Positions 37,926 to 50,361 of a DNA stretch of 61,510 nucleotides are shown in pieces (position 1 is the first letter of the stretch; each line of letters starts with the position of its first letter). Origin of the DNA: Veleropilina oligotropha. Its lineage: Eukaryota. The stretch lies in NCBI GenBank assembly GCA_048128005.1, contig JBEUKZ010000034.1, positions 124,001 to 185,510 on the forward strand. Direction: 5' to 3'. A model generated the notes under the pieces. That model was not told the DNA's origin. It searched no databases and worked only from the letters and a program-made list of their open reading frames with translations. Made by a program: the position numbers and the translations under genes.

Positions 37926-38848
37926 TCTGGCCACGTGTATCTCGTGGGTGAGGTCTGGCCAAGTGTATCTCGTGGGTGAGGTCTGGCCACGTGTATCTCG
38001 TGGGTGAGGTCTGGCCACGTGTATCTCGTGGGTGAGGTCTGGCCACGTGTATCTCGTGGGTGAGGTCTGGCCAAGTGTATCTCGTGGGTGAGGTCTGGCC
38101 ACGTGTATCTCGTGGGCGAGGTCTGGCCACGTGTATCTCGTGGGTGAGGTCTGGCCACGTGTATCTCGTGGGTGAGGTCTGGCCACGTGTATCTCGTGGG
38201 TGAGGTCTGGCCACGTGTATCTCGTGGGTGAGGTCTGGCCAAGTGTATCTCGTGGGTGAGGTCTGGCCACGTGTATCTCGTGGGCGAGGTCTGGCCACGT
38301 GTATCTCGTGGGTGAGGTCTGGCCAAGTGTATCTCGTGGGTGAGGTCTGGCCAAGTGTATCTCGTGGGTGAGGTCTGGCCAAGTGTATCTCGTGGGTGAG
38401 GTCTGGCCAAGTGTATCTCGTGGGTGAGGTCTGGCCAAGTGTATCTCGGGGGTGAGGTCTGGCCACGTGTATCTCGTGGGTGAGATCTGGCCAAGTGTAT
38501 CTCGTGGGTGAGGTCTGGCCACGTGTATCTCGTGGGTGAGGTCTGGCCACGTGTATCTCGTGGGTGAGGTCTGGCCAAGTGTATCTCATGGGTGAGGTCT
38601 GGCCAAGTGTATCTCGTGGGTGAGGTCTGGCCAAATGTATCTCGTGGGTGAGGTCTGGCCTCGTGGGTGAGGTCTGGCCAAGTGTATCTCGTGGGTGAGG
38701 TCTGGCCACGTGTATCTCGTGGGTGAGGTCTGGCCAAGTGTATCTCGTGGGTGAGGTCTGGCCAAGTGTATCTCGTGGGTGAGGTCTGGCCAAGTGTATC
38801 TCGTGGGTGAGGTCTGGCCAAGTGCATCTCGTGGGTGAGGTCTGGCCA
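37926..38848 (-). repeat. Same 28-bp minisatellite in inverted orientation, ~33 copies
   Basis: Unit TGGCCA(C/A)GTGTATCTCGTGGGTGAGGTC. Confidence 0.98.
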
Positions 38849-39199
38849 GAAAAATTTGACAATTAACGGTGTGAAACCCCTTCACATGCATTCTGACAGT
38901 ACAAATACGATGTTTCTTACTAACATCTATGAACCGTTTTCACTAAAATGTGTCAGTATTTCTTTCGTTTTTGTCTCATTCAAACATTATGCATGATTGA
39001 TTTTCAAAGGGGGGGGGGGTCCAGACCCCCTGGATCCGTTAGTCAACACTACCAGATGTCGGATTAAAATATATAAGCCAGTTTCAAACCGCATCATGAG
39101 GTGGATTTTAAACAAGTCGAAGGCGTCTACACACGCCAAATATATGTCGGATTAACATAAACTGGTGTCGAACCGGATTATATTTGGTAGTGGAAACGA

Positions 39200-39335
39200 G
39201 GCTATGGAGATGAGATGCTACCGTTATATTCTGAGAATCTCAGGACCTATACATTGACATCATATATTGGCCCGCTCAAAGACCCCATAACAGCAGATGA
39301 GGGAAAATTGAGATGGTACGGCCACGTAACAAAAT
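39200..39335 (+). mobile_element. RTE LINE C-terminal fragment
   Basis: AMEMRCYRYILRIS ... IGPLKD ... KLRWYGHVT, the typical RTE post-RT motifs. Confidence 0.75.
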
Positions 39336-39741
39336 ATCGATGTTTGGATTCGATTTTGCTCAATTTTCAGGGTGTTTTAAATACGTATTCCTCTGGTCCA
39401 CCTTAGAATAGATTCACTTCATGTTGTTGCCCCCTTCAACGAAAAAACACACGATATATATCCTACCGGTAGATGTAGATTTGCAAAATATTAAATTATG
39501 GTTGAATCGGGACATTAAAATTGCGATGCTAAGTTGTATATACTTGAATAATGTTGACATGGTAAGATGACGGTTCGAAAATATATGCTTTCATAGGAAA
39601 TGTATCAAGGCTTGTGGCCTTCCGTATTGATCGCTCTTTCGTAACTAAAACCACATATATACCAGGCAGTTCCGGTTTGTTGACCGGCGAGCAATGGATT
39701 GATCGATCAATGTCAAAGTCTTAGTTTTTTTGACAGAAGTT

Positions 39742-39943
39742 ATGGTGTCTAGTGTAATTAAGGAATTGGGAAACTTAGTTAAAAGTGTGGGGGAATATTT
39801 GCCAGTGTTGTCACGAGCAGAAATAGAGCGCATCGTCGTAAAAGAAGTTCCAATAGAAATGAATCTTGGCGGAAAAACGTTTGTCCGACTCGCCGGTTTG
39901 TCTGGCGCCATGGCAGTGATGTTCGGAGCCTACGGGGCGCATG
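39742..39943 (+). CDS. TMEM256: TMEM256 homolog (DUF423), first coding exon
   Basis: ATG at 39742; FVRLAGLSGAMAVMFGAYGAHG signature; donor ATG|GTAATG at 39944. Confidence 0.9.
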
Positions 39944-40487
39944 GTAATGGGGTACTTCTATAACATATAAGACCTGGTTGACGTGCCTTTCATCAGGCTC
40001 TAACGTTGTTGGAGTAGGTAATGGAGTAGTTGACAATCTGGGCGCACGGTAAGTAACGTTAGAGCCTAGCTGCTAGTTCCTGCGTAGGCTCTAACCCCTG
40101 AGCTGCCATTTCAAACCACTGAATATTGAAATTAGGAAACGTTCAAAATATAAGCAATATCGTACAGCATTATACCTACTGTCACATTATTTACTCCCAG
40201 ATAAGAAACGCATCATGTACACGTACATATAATGCACAGCTTCGATAAATTTGATGCAGATACGTCACTTTCAAAAAGTTTACTGACAGCCGCTAACGTT
40301 TGAAAAATGAAAACGACCAAGATGGCGATTGGGGTTAATGAAATTTATGGAATGAACGGAATTGAGACAGGAATACGGCAAATCATTAAATAAGGTGTTG
40401 ACAAGACTCAAGTAGGGTTCAAACTAAATGCGCATTTCACATTTTGTTCCGTTCCGCAATTTGTCAAAATCATATTTTACATACCGA

Positions 40488-41188
40488 CCGTATTTATTCC
40501 ATTTATCGAGCCCCTTCCAAATATAGCGCCCCCCACTTTTTCAAATTTGATTTTTCATTGATATTTGCCTACCGTCATCGGCATGTACAGCACTTAATAA
40601 ATACAGCGATCTTGTTGTTGTTTACGGACACAGTCGGTGAACGAGACGAGAGTATCTGCAACAGACATGATGGAAACTTTTGACATGTGCCAATGCTACT
40701 CGCCAGATGATGTCGGAGAATAGGTTTGACCTATATCTTTCACCATGTGCGTGTACGAGGTCGCATCGCATGTAAGAGGCTGTCACGTTAATAAATCTGC
40801 GTGAATTCCATATATTGAACAGAAATTAGACACAGGTATCAAAATAACAATCAAATAAGTACTAGCGGTAAAATTAGACAACGAAATGGTGAGACATGTT
40901 CCTAGAGAAATTAGCAAGCTTGTCCATTTGTCTCTGAAACATGGTGGAAAAGTTGTTTGCATCGTAACCACTGATGAGGTGGCCTACTATACAATTTGTC
41001 CGGTAGCTGGAGGATTGGAAATTGAATATTATATTAGATTTACTGGTGTAAAACTATTGGTGGACAGACTTAAATGTCTATTTCAAGAAAAGTGGTAAGA
41101 AATTATAACATAATATTATGGCCCTATTTATGGCGCCCCCTTCAAAATAAAAGTTACGCGCCCGGCGCGATATATGGAATAAATACGG
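40488..41188. mobile_element. MITE with CCGTATTTATTCCAT TIRs (Tc1/mariner-pogo-like ends) carrying a HIRAN-like coding remnant
   Basis: CCGTATTTATTCCATTTATCGAGCC versus the reverse complement of GGCGCGATATATGGAATAAATACGG; internal HVPREISK..LKHGG..GGLEI. Confidence 0.65.
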
Positions 41189-41339
41189 TATCATGAAAAC
41201 GGGGCGGGTCCATTTATTTCAAGTTTGGCAGTTAAACAATTGGTCTTAATTATGAATAATGACAATATAATTACCAAACGTTAACTGGTACGTATAAACA
41301 AATGCCGATTTATATTACATTTACATGCATTTTACTGTA

Positions 41340-43662
41340 TTTTTGGCTCGCATGCAACGCAGATGCGAGCCTATGTAATGATGATGTACGTCCGTCCGTC
41401 CGGCCGTCTGTCTGGCCGTCCGCAGTGAATGTTAAAGTTTTTCAATCATGCTATATAGGCAACCCTGTGCTCTCTTTATCATAATATTATTGTAGATATA
41501 TCTATTCCCATGTTCACAACACTACACTAGTAATATTGAATGTAATTTAAATAATATTTTGCTTCAAAATGCTGCTTTTGGACTTAGAAATTTTGAATGT
41601 TAAAGTTTTTCAATAATGCTATATAGGCAAACAATTGCACTCTTTATCATCGTTTTATATGACATATGGATACTCCAATGTTGCACGACACTATAACAGT
41701 AACATGGCATGTTATTTAAATCAAATTTTACCTCAAAGTGCTACTTCTGGACTTAGAAATATTTTGTTAAAGTTTTTGGTTAAAGTTTTTCAACGATGCT
41801 ATAATATCTGAAATTGAAACTTTTTAGCATCTTCGAACATTAGATATGTTTATTTCAATATCCTATGGCACCAGACAGTATTATTTAAGGTAAATTAAAT
41901 TTATTTTATCACAAAAAAGGAAGTTGTGAGATTTTAACTTGGAAAATTTTATAAAGTTAGATGTTGAAGTTTTTTTCTCAAGGTTACATGTACAATCTCT
42001 TGCATGCTTTCAATTTTTTGCTCGCATGCAATGCAGATGCGAGCCTATGTAATGATGATGTACGTCTGTCCGCAGTGAATGTTAAAGTTTTTCAATGATG
42101 CTATATAGGCAACCCTGTGCTCTCTTTATCATAATTTTATTGTAGATATGTCTATTTCCATGTTGCATAGCACTACACTAGTAATATTGAATGTAATTTA
42201 AATAAAATTTTACTTCAAAATGCTGCTTTTGCACTTAGAAATTTTGAATGTTAAAGTTTTTCAATAATGCTATATAGGCAAACATACACTCTTTTAGTTT
42301 ATCATCGTTGTATTTGACATATGTCTACTGCAATGTTGCACGATGCTATGACAGTAATATGGAATGTAATTTAAATCAAATTTTACTTCAAAGTGCTACA
42401 TCTGGACATAGAAATTATTTTGTTAAAATTTGTGTTAAAGTTTTTCATTGATGATATTGAAGATTTTTTGCATCGTTGAACATTAGATATGTATATTTCA
42501 ATATCCCATAACACCAGAGCAGTATTATTTAAGGTAAATCTATTTTATCACATACAAGAATTTATGAGATTTTAACTTGGGATATTTTATAAAGGTAAAT
42601 GTTAAAGTTTTTTTTCTCAAGGTTACAATCTCATGCATGCTTTCCATTTTTGAAGTTTTATTGAATCCCATGCAACACATATGCTGGCCTATTTAATGAT
42701 AATGTCCGTCTGGTTGTCTGTCCACCGCCTGCAGTAAATGTTAAAGTTTTTCAATCATGATCTATAGGCAACCAATTGCAATCTTTTCCACCTTTTTATT
42801 TTAGATAAGTATTTTCCAATATTGCACGACATTATAAAACTAAAATTGAATATGATTTACATCAAATTTTGCTTCAAGATGCAAATTTTGGACTTATAAA
42901 TATTTGTTAAAGTTTTTGGTTAAAGTATATCAATTTTGCTATAACTTTTTGGCATATATATGCTTTTGTAGGCATTATATATGGATGACACCTGGTACTC
43001 TGGAAGTGAGATTGAATAAAATTTAATATAATTATTGCGTAAATGTAGGTGTTTTTTAACATAGAAATTTTGGTTAAAGTTTTTCATTGAGTGTATATGG
43101 GTTGTTGAAACAACATTTTGGTGTATATATGCTTTGGTATTGATAATATGAATGTCAACTGATACTATGGAAGTGATGCTAAATTAAATTTAATATAATT
43201 ATTGCATAAAAATATGTGTTTGTGGACATATGGGTTGTACTATGCACTGTTTTACATCCATATACTGTAGTGTTGACTAGATTGATGCTGCTCCCTCATC
43301 TGCAAGTTATTTATAATATAAATAACATGTGAAATTAGTGTTTGTGGACATATAAATTTTTGTTTTGCATTGATTTATAGTAATAGTGACTAATGCTACT
43401 CCGTAGTAATGAATTTTTGTAATTACTCGATTCCAAAAGTGTCATTCTTCTACTTTAATGTTTGAATTGTGTTGGTGAACTCACACAAATAATTATTACA
43501 ATTCAAAATATATTGCTTTATTCATGGTTAATCCAAGGTCCTAGAATATTATATATTACTGTGATTGGTTCTAAGAACTCCAGACAATTTAATTAATGTA
43601 TGGATACTAGAGAATTGTGCAATATGTCATGCGAGCCATATCACGTCTTCGACGTTCTAGTT
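41340..43662 (+). mobile_element. Composite HINE/MITE-like repeat (5' end duplicated at ~42017)
   Basis: GGCTCGCAT..ATGCGAGCC hairpin, GTCC microsatellite, repeated GTTAAAGTTTT units, subterminal ATGCGAGCC at ~43629. Confidence 0.75.
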
Positions 43663-46269
43663 TATAAGTATTTTTAGCGAAAACCTGCTCGTCATAAATG
43701 GTGCTTCGGCTATATAAGCCCGCGGTATGCAAGGCACGTCAACCCACTCTTATATGTTATAGAAGTAGGTAAGTGGGTAGTCTGGGTGCATGGTAAGAAG
43801 GTGGTCTGTACCAGTGGGTTGCGCAGTAAGACTTAGAGGGTAGTCTGATGTCTGGGCGCACGGTAATTCGGTTGTCGTACATACAGGGCAGAGGGTACCC
43901 GTTAAGGAGAATGACAGACGATACTCGGGGCACACGAAAAGAGGGTCATCTGGGGCCAAGTGGTACTCCAACAGTGTTAGAGGCTGCTACTTCTCATGCA
44001 AGGGTCTGTAAGCCACGTCAACCTGGTCTCATATGTTATACTATAGGAGTAGGTACGGGGCGCACAGTAAGGGGATGGTCAGGAAACGCAATAATGGGGT
44101 GAATGGTAGACAGTCATCACATCCACATCCAAAGGTCAGAACTTCCACAGACCTAGTCAGAATGTCCACTGGTTAATAACAATTCTAGACATGATAATAA
44201 ATAAACCGGGTAACTTTATCGTAACGAAGTGATGTTTTACAGCCCAATTATCAAAAGTTGCCCAATGTAATTTGGGCAATGCCCAAAATAACGTCTCCAA
44301 TGTCCAAAATGGGGAAGCCAAAGTAAACTATATAAATAGTCTTACTTTCATTCTTTTTACTTCTTAACATTTGAATGTTTTTATTTATGTTTCCAGGATA
44401 ATTAATCACTACCGATAAAGAAGTAGATGCGGCAGGGCACGAACATTGAATAAAATATTAATAATAGCATTGTACGTGCACAGTAACACCTATAGCAACC
44501 AATCTGGATGCCAGATATCATATGCATCATATTTATTTAAATCTATAATATGCTGTGGTTAGTAATCAGTGGGTTTAAACAGTATTTATTCTATGTAAAT
44601 AAAATACATTTTACAAACTATGAATTAGGAATTTGGCAATAAGTTAAGTTCGATAATCGTAATCAGTTGATTGGTAATCAGTGCTCATGTAAATCTCAGA
44701 ATCCCTAAACAAATATTTTGCATCTGTTTATACTATTGAGGACACGATAAACATTCCACCGGTAAAACTTATTTATGAAGATCATGAAACTTTTTGTGAA
44801 AGTATTGAAATTACTACGGAAATGGTTGAAAAAAAGATAAGCTTACTAAATGTCAGTAAAGCTCCAGGTCCAGACAGCATATATCCCAAATTGCTAAAAT
44901 TCGGTAAAGATGAATTAGCCAAGTCATTAGCCCTGATATTCAATAAAACTCTACAAGAAGGCAGCTTGCCTGATGACTGGAAGACTGGAAAATTACCCCA
45001 ATCTTTAAAAAGGGTAGTCGATCAAATACCCAAAATTATCGACCTGTTAGTCTGACATCAATAGTAGGCAAAATAATGGAATCTATCTTAAATGATGCTA
45101 TCTTAAAACACATAAATAAATTTGGCCTTCTAAACCTAAGTCAGCATGGGTTTATGGAAAAAAGATCTTGTTTAAAGATGCAGGATCTACTTCAGATCGC
45201 TAAAACGTATTTAAATGCTGTTCTATCTTACACTTTCTGCATTGATTTATTGCATATAGTTAGGACGCTTCAGCGATTACCACACACGGCAAAATTGTTT
45301 TTCACTTAGTAATAAATATTTGAAGTTTTTTTATTGAATTATGAGATCGATCTCATAATTCGAGCCGATTGTACACGATATTTGTACGGAAATTAACGAC
45401 GGCTTGGCGGAATCAACACGTCCCTTAGCTCCGCCCTAAAATCACTCCCGCAATCTATTTATACCGGGTCATTTCTATGTCGTCCTTGGCTGAGTTTTGT
45501 TTATATCGGTTTCCATGGCGGATGTCGACAAGAGAAATAGAGGCAGGCCGCCGTTATCGACTGTGACTGTTTCTGATTATAAAATGAATGTAAAGCCTAA
45601 GTCACACCAAGGCCCCGGACCACCACGAACCACCCCGGACCTAAATATTGCTGATCCGGGGTCCTATCCGTGTTGGTTCCTGGGTGGTTCGTGTTGGTTC
45701 CGTGGTAGTACGGGGTGGTACTGGATGAATCGGGATAGTCCTGGACGGTTCGGGAGGTCAACACGACTTTTTTAAACTTTAAAAAAGTCGGGGTGGTTCG
45801 GGACGGTTCGGGATGGAAGCCCAATCCGGGATGGTTCGTGTTGGGTTCGGGACAGTTCGTAGTGAATCCGTAGTGGCAACGTGATGATACTTGACGATAC
45901 TTGGCGATACGGCATACTTTTCCCAACACGTTGTTGCCACGTACCACCCAGGACCACCCCGGACACAACACGGCGTCACCACGAACCACCACGGACATAC
46001 CAAGGATTTACTACGGATTACAAAGTTTTTCCCGATTCACCACGAACCCAACACGGTTTGACCCGAACAATCACGGATTTAACACGGACCCAGCACGGTA
46101 GAGCTACGGACGGCCCCGAATGGGGCCGGAGGAGACACGGACGACCACGTATTACCACGAATAACCACGGATAACCACGGAAGCAACACGGCAGAGCTAC
46201 GTATGACCCCGGACTAGACAAGACGGCCACTTTTCACCCCGGAGCGCACAGGACCAGAGTTGGAAACCA

Positions 46270-46303
46270 TATAAAAAGGGGTCAATTTTCATTATGATCA
46301 CTT
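46270..46303 (+). promoter_or_regulatory. Candidate core promoter of the Harbinger transposase
   Basis: TATAAAA at 46270 and Inr-like TCACTT at 46298, 28 nt downstream. Confidence 0.5.
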
Positions 46304-46329
46304 CTGTCTTCAACTTCCAACGCGTCAAC

Positions 46330-47673
46330 ATGTCGAGCCTCACGATGGAGAAACGATTGATACATATGCAGATGCAGCTGAAGCTGAACCAGCAGCAGAA
46401 TGAAAACGCAATTTTAATTGCGAAAGCGAAAGAACGATTGGAAAATATTAAAGAAGAACGAAGACAGAAGAGTGCCCTTGAAGCCAGAAAACGAAAAGCT
46501 AAGAAGATACGAAGCATTTGGGTCAGAAAATGGTTGTTACGCAGACCTGAGCTGGGACAGTACTCGCGGCTCCTACGTGAACTAAAGAAGGAGGACAACA
46601 AGGGCTACCGGAATTTCCTTAGAGTTGACTACAAGGAGTTCCAGGAAATTCTACAACGCATTGAGGGTCGTATAACTAAGCAAGACACCAACTACAGGAA
46701 AGCTCTCTCTCCAGGTCTGAAACTGGCGATTACTTTGCGGTACCTGGCAGCTGGTGACAGTTATCACTCGTTGATGTACGGGTTTCGTGTCGCCCACAAC
46801 ACCATCTCTCTGCTGATCCCGAAAGTGTGCGAAGCCATAATAGCGGAGTTTGCCCCAGAACACGTGTGCTGTCCAACTACAACGCAACAATGGCGAAACA
46901 TATCGACGAAGTTCTCTGACCGATGGAACTTTCATCACTGTCTCGGGGCACTAGACGGAAAGCATATAGCCATCAAGTGTCCGAACAATGGGGGGTCATT
47001 GTATCACAACTACAAGAAATTTCACTCCATCATCCTGATGGCGCTAGTCGATGCAGAGTACAAATTCATATGGGTGGAGGTTGGCACCCATGGATCAGCA
47101 GGTGACGCCCAAGTCTTCAACAACGGGGAGCTCAAAGAGGCAATCGAGGCTCATGCTGTCAACTTTCCAGAAGCTGATGCGCTTCCAAACGATGACCACC
47201 CTATGCCTTACTTCATCGCCGCTGATGATGCCTTCGCCTTACGATCGTGGCTGCAGAAACCCTACTCGCAGAGGCAGATGACTAAGAAGCAACGAATTTT
47301 CAACTACAGACTTTCCAGGGCGCGCCGTATAGTGGAGAATGCCTTCGGTATTCTGGCTCATCGCTTCAGATGTCTCCTGACAACGTTGCAGCAAGATCCC
47401 ACAACAGTGACCTCCATAGTGATGGCATGCGTCTGTCTCCATAACTACCTACGAGAAAAGCATCCAGTGGCAGTTCACCTGGAAGCAGACCAGGAAGATG
47501 ATGGACACAACATGATACCCGGTGTTTGGCGAACAGACACACCACTCGTTGATGGCATTTCCGATTTTGCCAACCACACCACTAGCAAAACCGCCAACAA
47601 ACAGAGGCAATATCTGACGGAGTACTACTCATCTGCAGCAGGAGCTGTGCCTTGGCAGAACGACATGATCTGA
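46330..47673 (+). CDS. Harbinger DDE transposase (HARBI1-like), intact
   Basis: KLAITLRYLA.G, GALDGKH, ADDAF, FNYRLSRARRIVENAFGIL; start taken as the first ATG after the TATA/Inr (an in-frame ATG also exists at 46294). Confidence 0.95.
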   Translation: MSSLTMEKRLIHMQMQLKLNQQQNENAILIAKAKERLENIKEERRQKSALEARKRKAKKIRSIWVRKWLLRRPELGQYSRLLRELKKEDNKGYRNFLRVDYKEFQEILQRIEGRITKQDTNYRKALSPGLKLAITLRYLAAGDSYHSLMYGFRVAHNTISLLIPKVCEAIIAEFAPEHVCCPTTTQQWRNISTKFSDRWNFHHCLGALDGKHIAIKCPNNGGSLYHNYKKFHSIILMALVDAEYKFIWVEVGTHGSAGDAQVFNNGELKEAIEAHAVNFPEADALPNDDHPMPYFIAADDAFALRSWLQKPYSQRQMTKKQRIFNYRLSRARRIVENAFGILAHRFRCLLTTLQQDPTTVTSIVMACVCLHNYLREKHPVAVHLEADQEDDGHNMIPGVWRTDTPLVDGISDFANHTTSKTANKQRQYLTEYYSSAAGAVPWQNDMI

Positions 47674-48726
47674 ATATGATGCGAGTCGTTGTGATGAACA
47701 ATACTGATGGACAAACTATATGAACATTGATGATATATGAACATTTATAACAATATCAACATTTCATGAACTATATGAACGTTTCAATTGACTGTTTATG
47801 ATGAACAATAATGATGAACAAGAATGATGAAAATATCTATATAAAACTGATGTTTTATTACAATTACTTGTAGTTCCTTTGCATTTGTAGTGTGACTGAA
47901 TAGAAGATTTCTTGTTGACAAGTCAGCAAGAACTCTTCTTATTAAATGTGTATGATTGAATAAGAAGACTTCTTGTTGGGAACTGAGCAAGAACTCTTCT
48001 TATTAAAAGAATGGAATGAGTGAATAAGAAGACTTCTTGTTGACAACTCAGCAGGAACTCTTCTTATTATCGATGGCGACATGTGTTCACATAAAATAAA
48101 TAAGACTTATTGCACGACAACCTTATAAGAAATAATACCTTGAAGAAAGCAGATACACATAATTGAAGAAAACCAAATTAAAAAAGTGAAAGAACCAATT
48201 CAAGCTTTCAAATCAAGATTGACCTTTTAGATAAATTACTTTTATAACTTATAATTATATACGGTTTTCTTCAACTTTCTTTTTTTATATCTTGTATCTT
48301 CAATTTGTTATTATATCTAAATATGATTAGATCTTGTATCTTCAATTTACTTATATTTCGTTTTCTTCTACTTAAATTGTTAATAGATATTGTACCTTCA
48401 ATTTGCTGTTCTTCAACTTTTCATTAAGATCTATTTGTTATTAGATCTTTTTCTTCAATTTTATTCTATTTGGTTTTCTTCAACTTTTCATTAGATCTAA
48501 TTTTAGATCCCTTTTATTCACGTTTTATTATAAAACCAATTCGAACACAACATGTTTTTATTTCTTTTCCCGAAGCCGGTATTTTTACTGACCAAAACAT
48601 TTTAATAATCAAGATTCAAATATCACAACACAATTATATATTATAATACACAAAATCATATCTGCCACTGTTCAATATATATATTTCTTAAAGCAATTGT
48701 TCACCACCGGAAACTGTTCGAGCTGC

Positions 48727-49055
48727 TCATGGGCTCTTTGTGGTGAAGTGAGTTGGAGTGTCCAGGTTTCGTGATGCGGAGAGAACATTATCTCCGGGAC
48801 TTTGAGCCATCAGAGCCGACAGGTCCGACAACCGTGTCATCGAACCCTGGGACAAGTTCGGAGCACTTGAAGCTGTATCCTGGGAAGGTGTGGATTGCAC
48901 GATAGGCTGCCCAGCGGTTGGAACAAATGTGTCCCAAGTAGAAGTGGATGGTTGGGAGATGCCAGGATCCATGTAGGTAAATCCACCAGAATGCTGCTGC
49001 TGCGCTGTCCCTGGTGCCGCAGGAATGAGACTGGTGAAGGTTTGCTGCTGCTGTG

Positions 49056-49086
<31 letters not shown>

Positions 49087-49620
49087 CACATAATCGTACT
49101 GCGGAAGAGGAGGAGGAGGAGGAGGAAGAATAGGCTGCTGGACAGACAGAGCACGTGACCTGTCTATATAACCCAGAACGTGATCCAGGCTCTCCCTGTA
49201 GAAAGCAGATAGCAACCTGTCGTCAATGCGCTGCGACAGGTTTCCCATGAAAGCTCCCCATGAAGCCGACGTCGAGGATCTATCATCTCCCAGGATGTTA
49301 CAGATCTGCCCCTGGAGTTGCTCATTTCGCGTCCCCTGATTCTGGAGGCTCTGGATTATGGTGGCGACCTCCTGCTCCTCGATCTGGTCCCCCGTGGTGG
49401 AGTTTGTTGTTGAAGATGGTGCCCCCCCGGACTTCTTGGTAGCCTTCCCTCTAGTGTGAGTCTTCGTTGGTGCCTGCTGCTCAGTTGATAGCTTGAGGGC
49501 TTGAGGGCCTTCAGGGCTTGAGGGCCCAACGTGAGGAGTGTTCACGTCATCCATCTCGGACGATGATGTAGACCTCGACCTCGACCTGGCCACGCTGCAC
49601 GACTCTATGTTGGACTGCAA
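48727..49620 (-). CDS. Harbinger ORF2 coding exon 2 (Ser/Gln/Pro-rich tail)
   Basis: CTAATTGCAG acceptor, in frame (phase 0) with exon 1, open to TGA; joined product ~491 aa. Confidence 0.8.
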
Positions 49621-49779
49621 CTGCAATTAGACAAAAATGGAGAAAGAACATTAAATACATATTCTATACAAGGAAGGTACAATTTCTAAGATATATTATA
49701 TGTATGAAGAATAATGCTAATAATACATATTCTATACAAGGTAGGTACAAGTTATTAGTAACAAGTAGTATATACTTAC

Positions 49780-50361
49780 ACTAAAGGCTGTGCGGCCACG
49801 CACCCTGGCGATGTGGTCTCCCAGGAACCCAAAGTTTTCCTTGAGGAAGTTCTCCCTCTCTGTGAGGTCCCTGGCCGCCGATCCAGACTTGTCCTTCAGC
49901 ATCTTCCCGATCCTGGTTCTGATGCTTTCATACCATGTGTGAAGGAGGTCCCCGGACTCCATCTTGAGCTCTGCAGCCTTGTCGTCCCACAGGCTGCGTT
50001 TTTTCCCTACATCTTTGTAGGCCTTCAGAGACTTTGTATAAAACTGTGGATGGTTCCGCAGCCATTCTCCCAGCTCCACCTCCTGTTCCTCACTGAGGTT
50101 CACTGCCTTGTTTTTCTTCCTCTTTTTGGGTAGGTTGGGGATGTCCGCCTCAGTCGCATGGTCAGTCGCAGTCCCACACGCAGCAGCTGGGGTGATCTCA
50201 GCGGCACGTTGGGTGGAGGTAGCATCATCGTCCGCCGAAGCTCTAGGGGACTCTGATCCAGATGATGACGAATCTACAGGCTTTGTGGGTTTTTTAGCCT
50301 TCGATCCCTTCGGTTTGATAACGACAGACAGCTTCTTCCTTGGAGGCATCTTCTTTGGCAT
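49780..50361 (-). CDS. Harbinger ORF2 MADF/Myb-SANT-like DNA-binding protein, coding exon 1
   Basis: MPKKMPPRKK start; EWLRNHPQFY..YKD...LW..KA...WYESIRTR; donor AGT|GTAAGT. Confidence 0.85.

Noticed and set aside
31720..38848. CRISPR array or Foldback transposon interpretation of the inverted arrays
   Set aside because: No unique spacers or cas genes; outer ends share no terminal sequence or TSD; an inversion of one RTE explains the layout
45597..46230. Overlapping ORFs here and at 50274..50841
   Set aside because: They arise from GC-rich Harbinger subterminal repeats
46294..47673. Domesticated host HARBI1 gene
   Set aside because: Flanked by TIRs, a TSD and a MADF partner gene and nested in other elements, so it is a transposon
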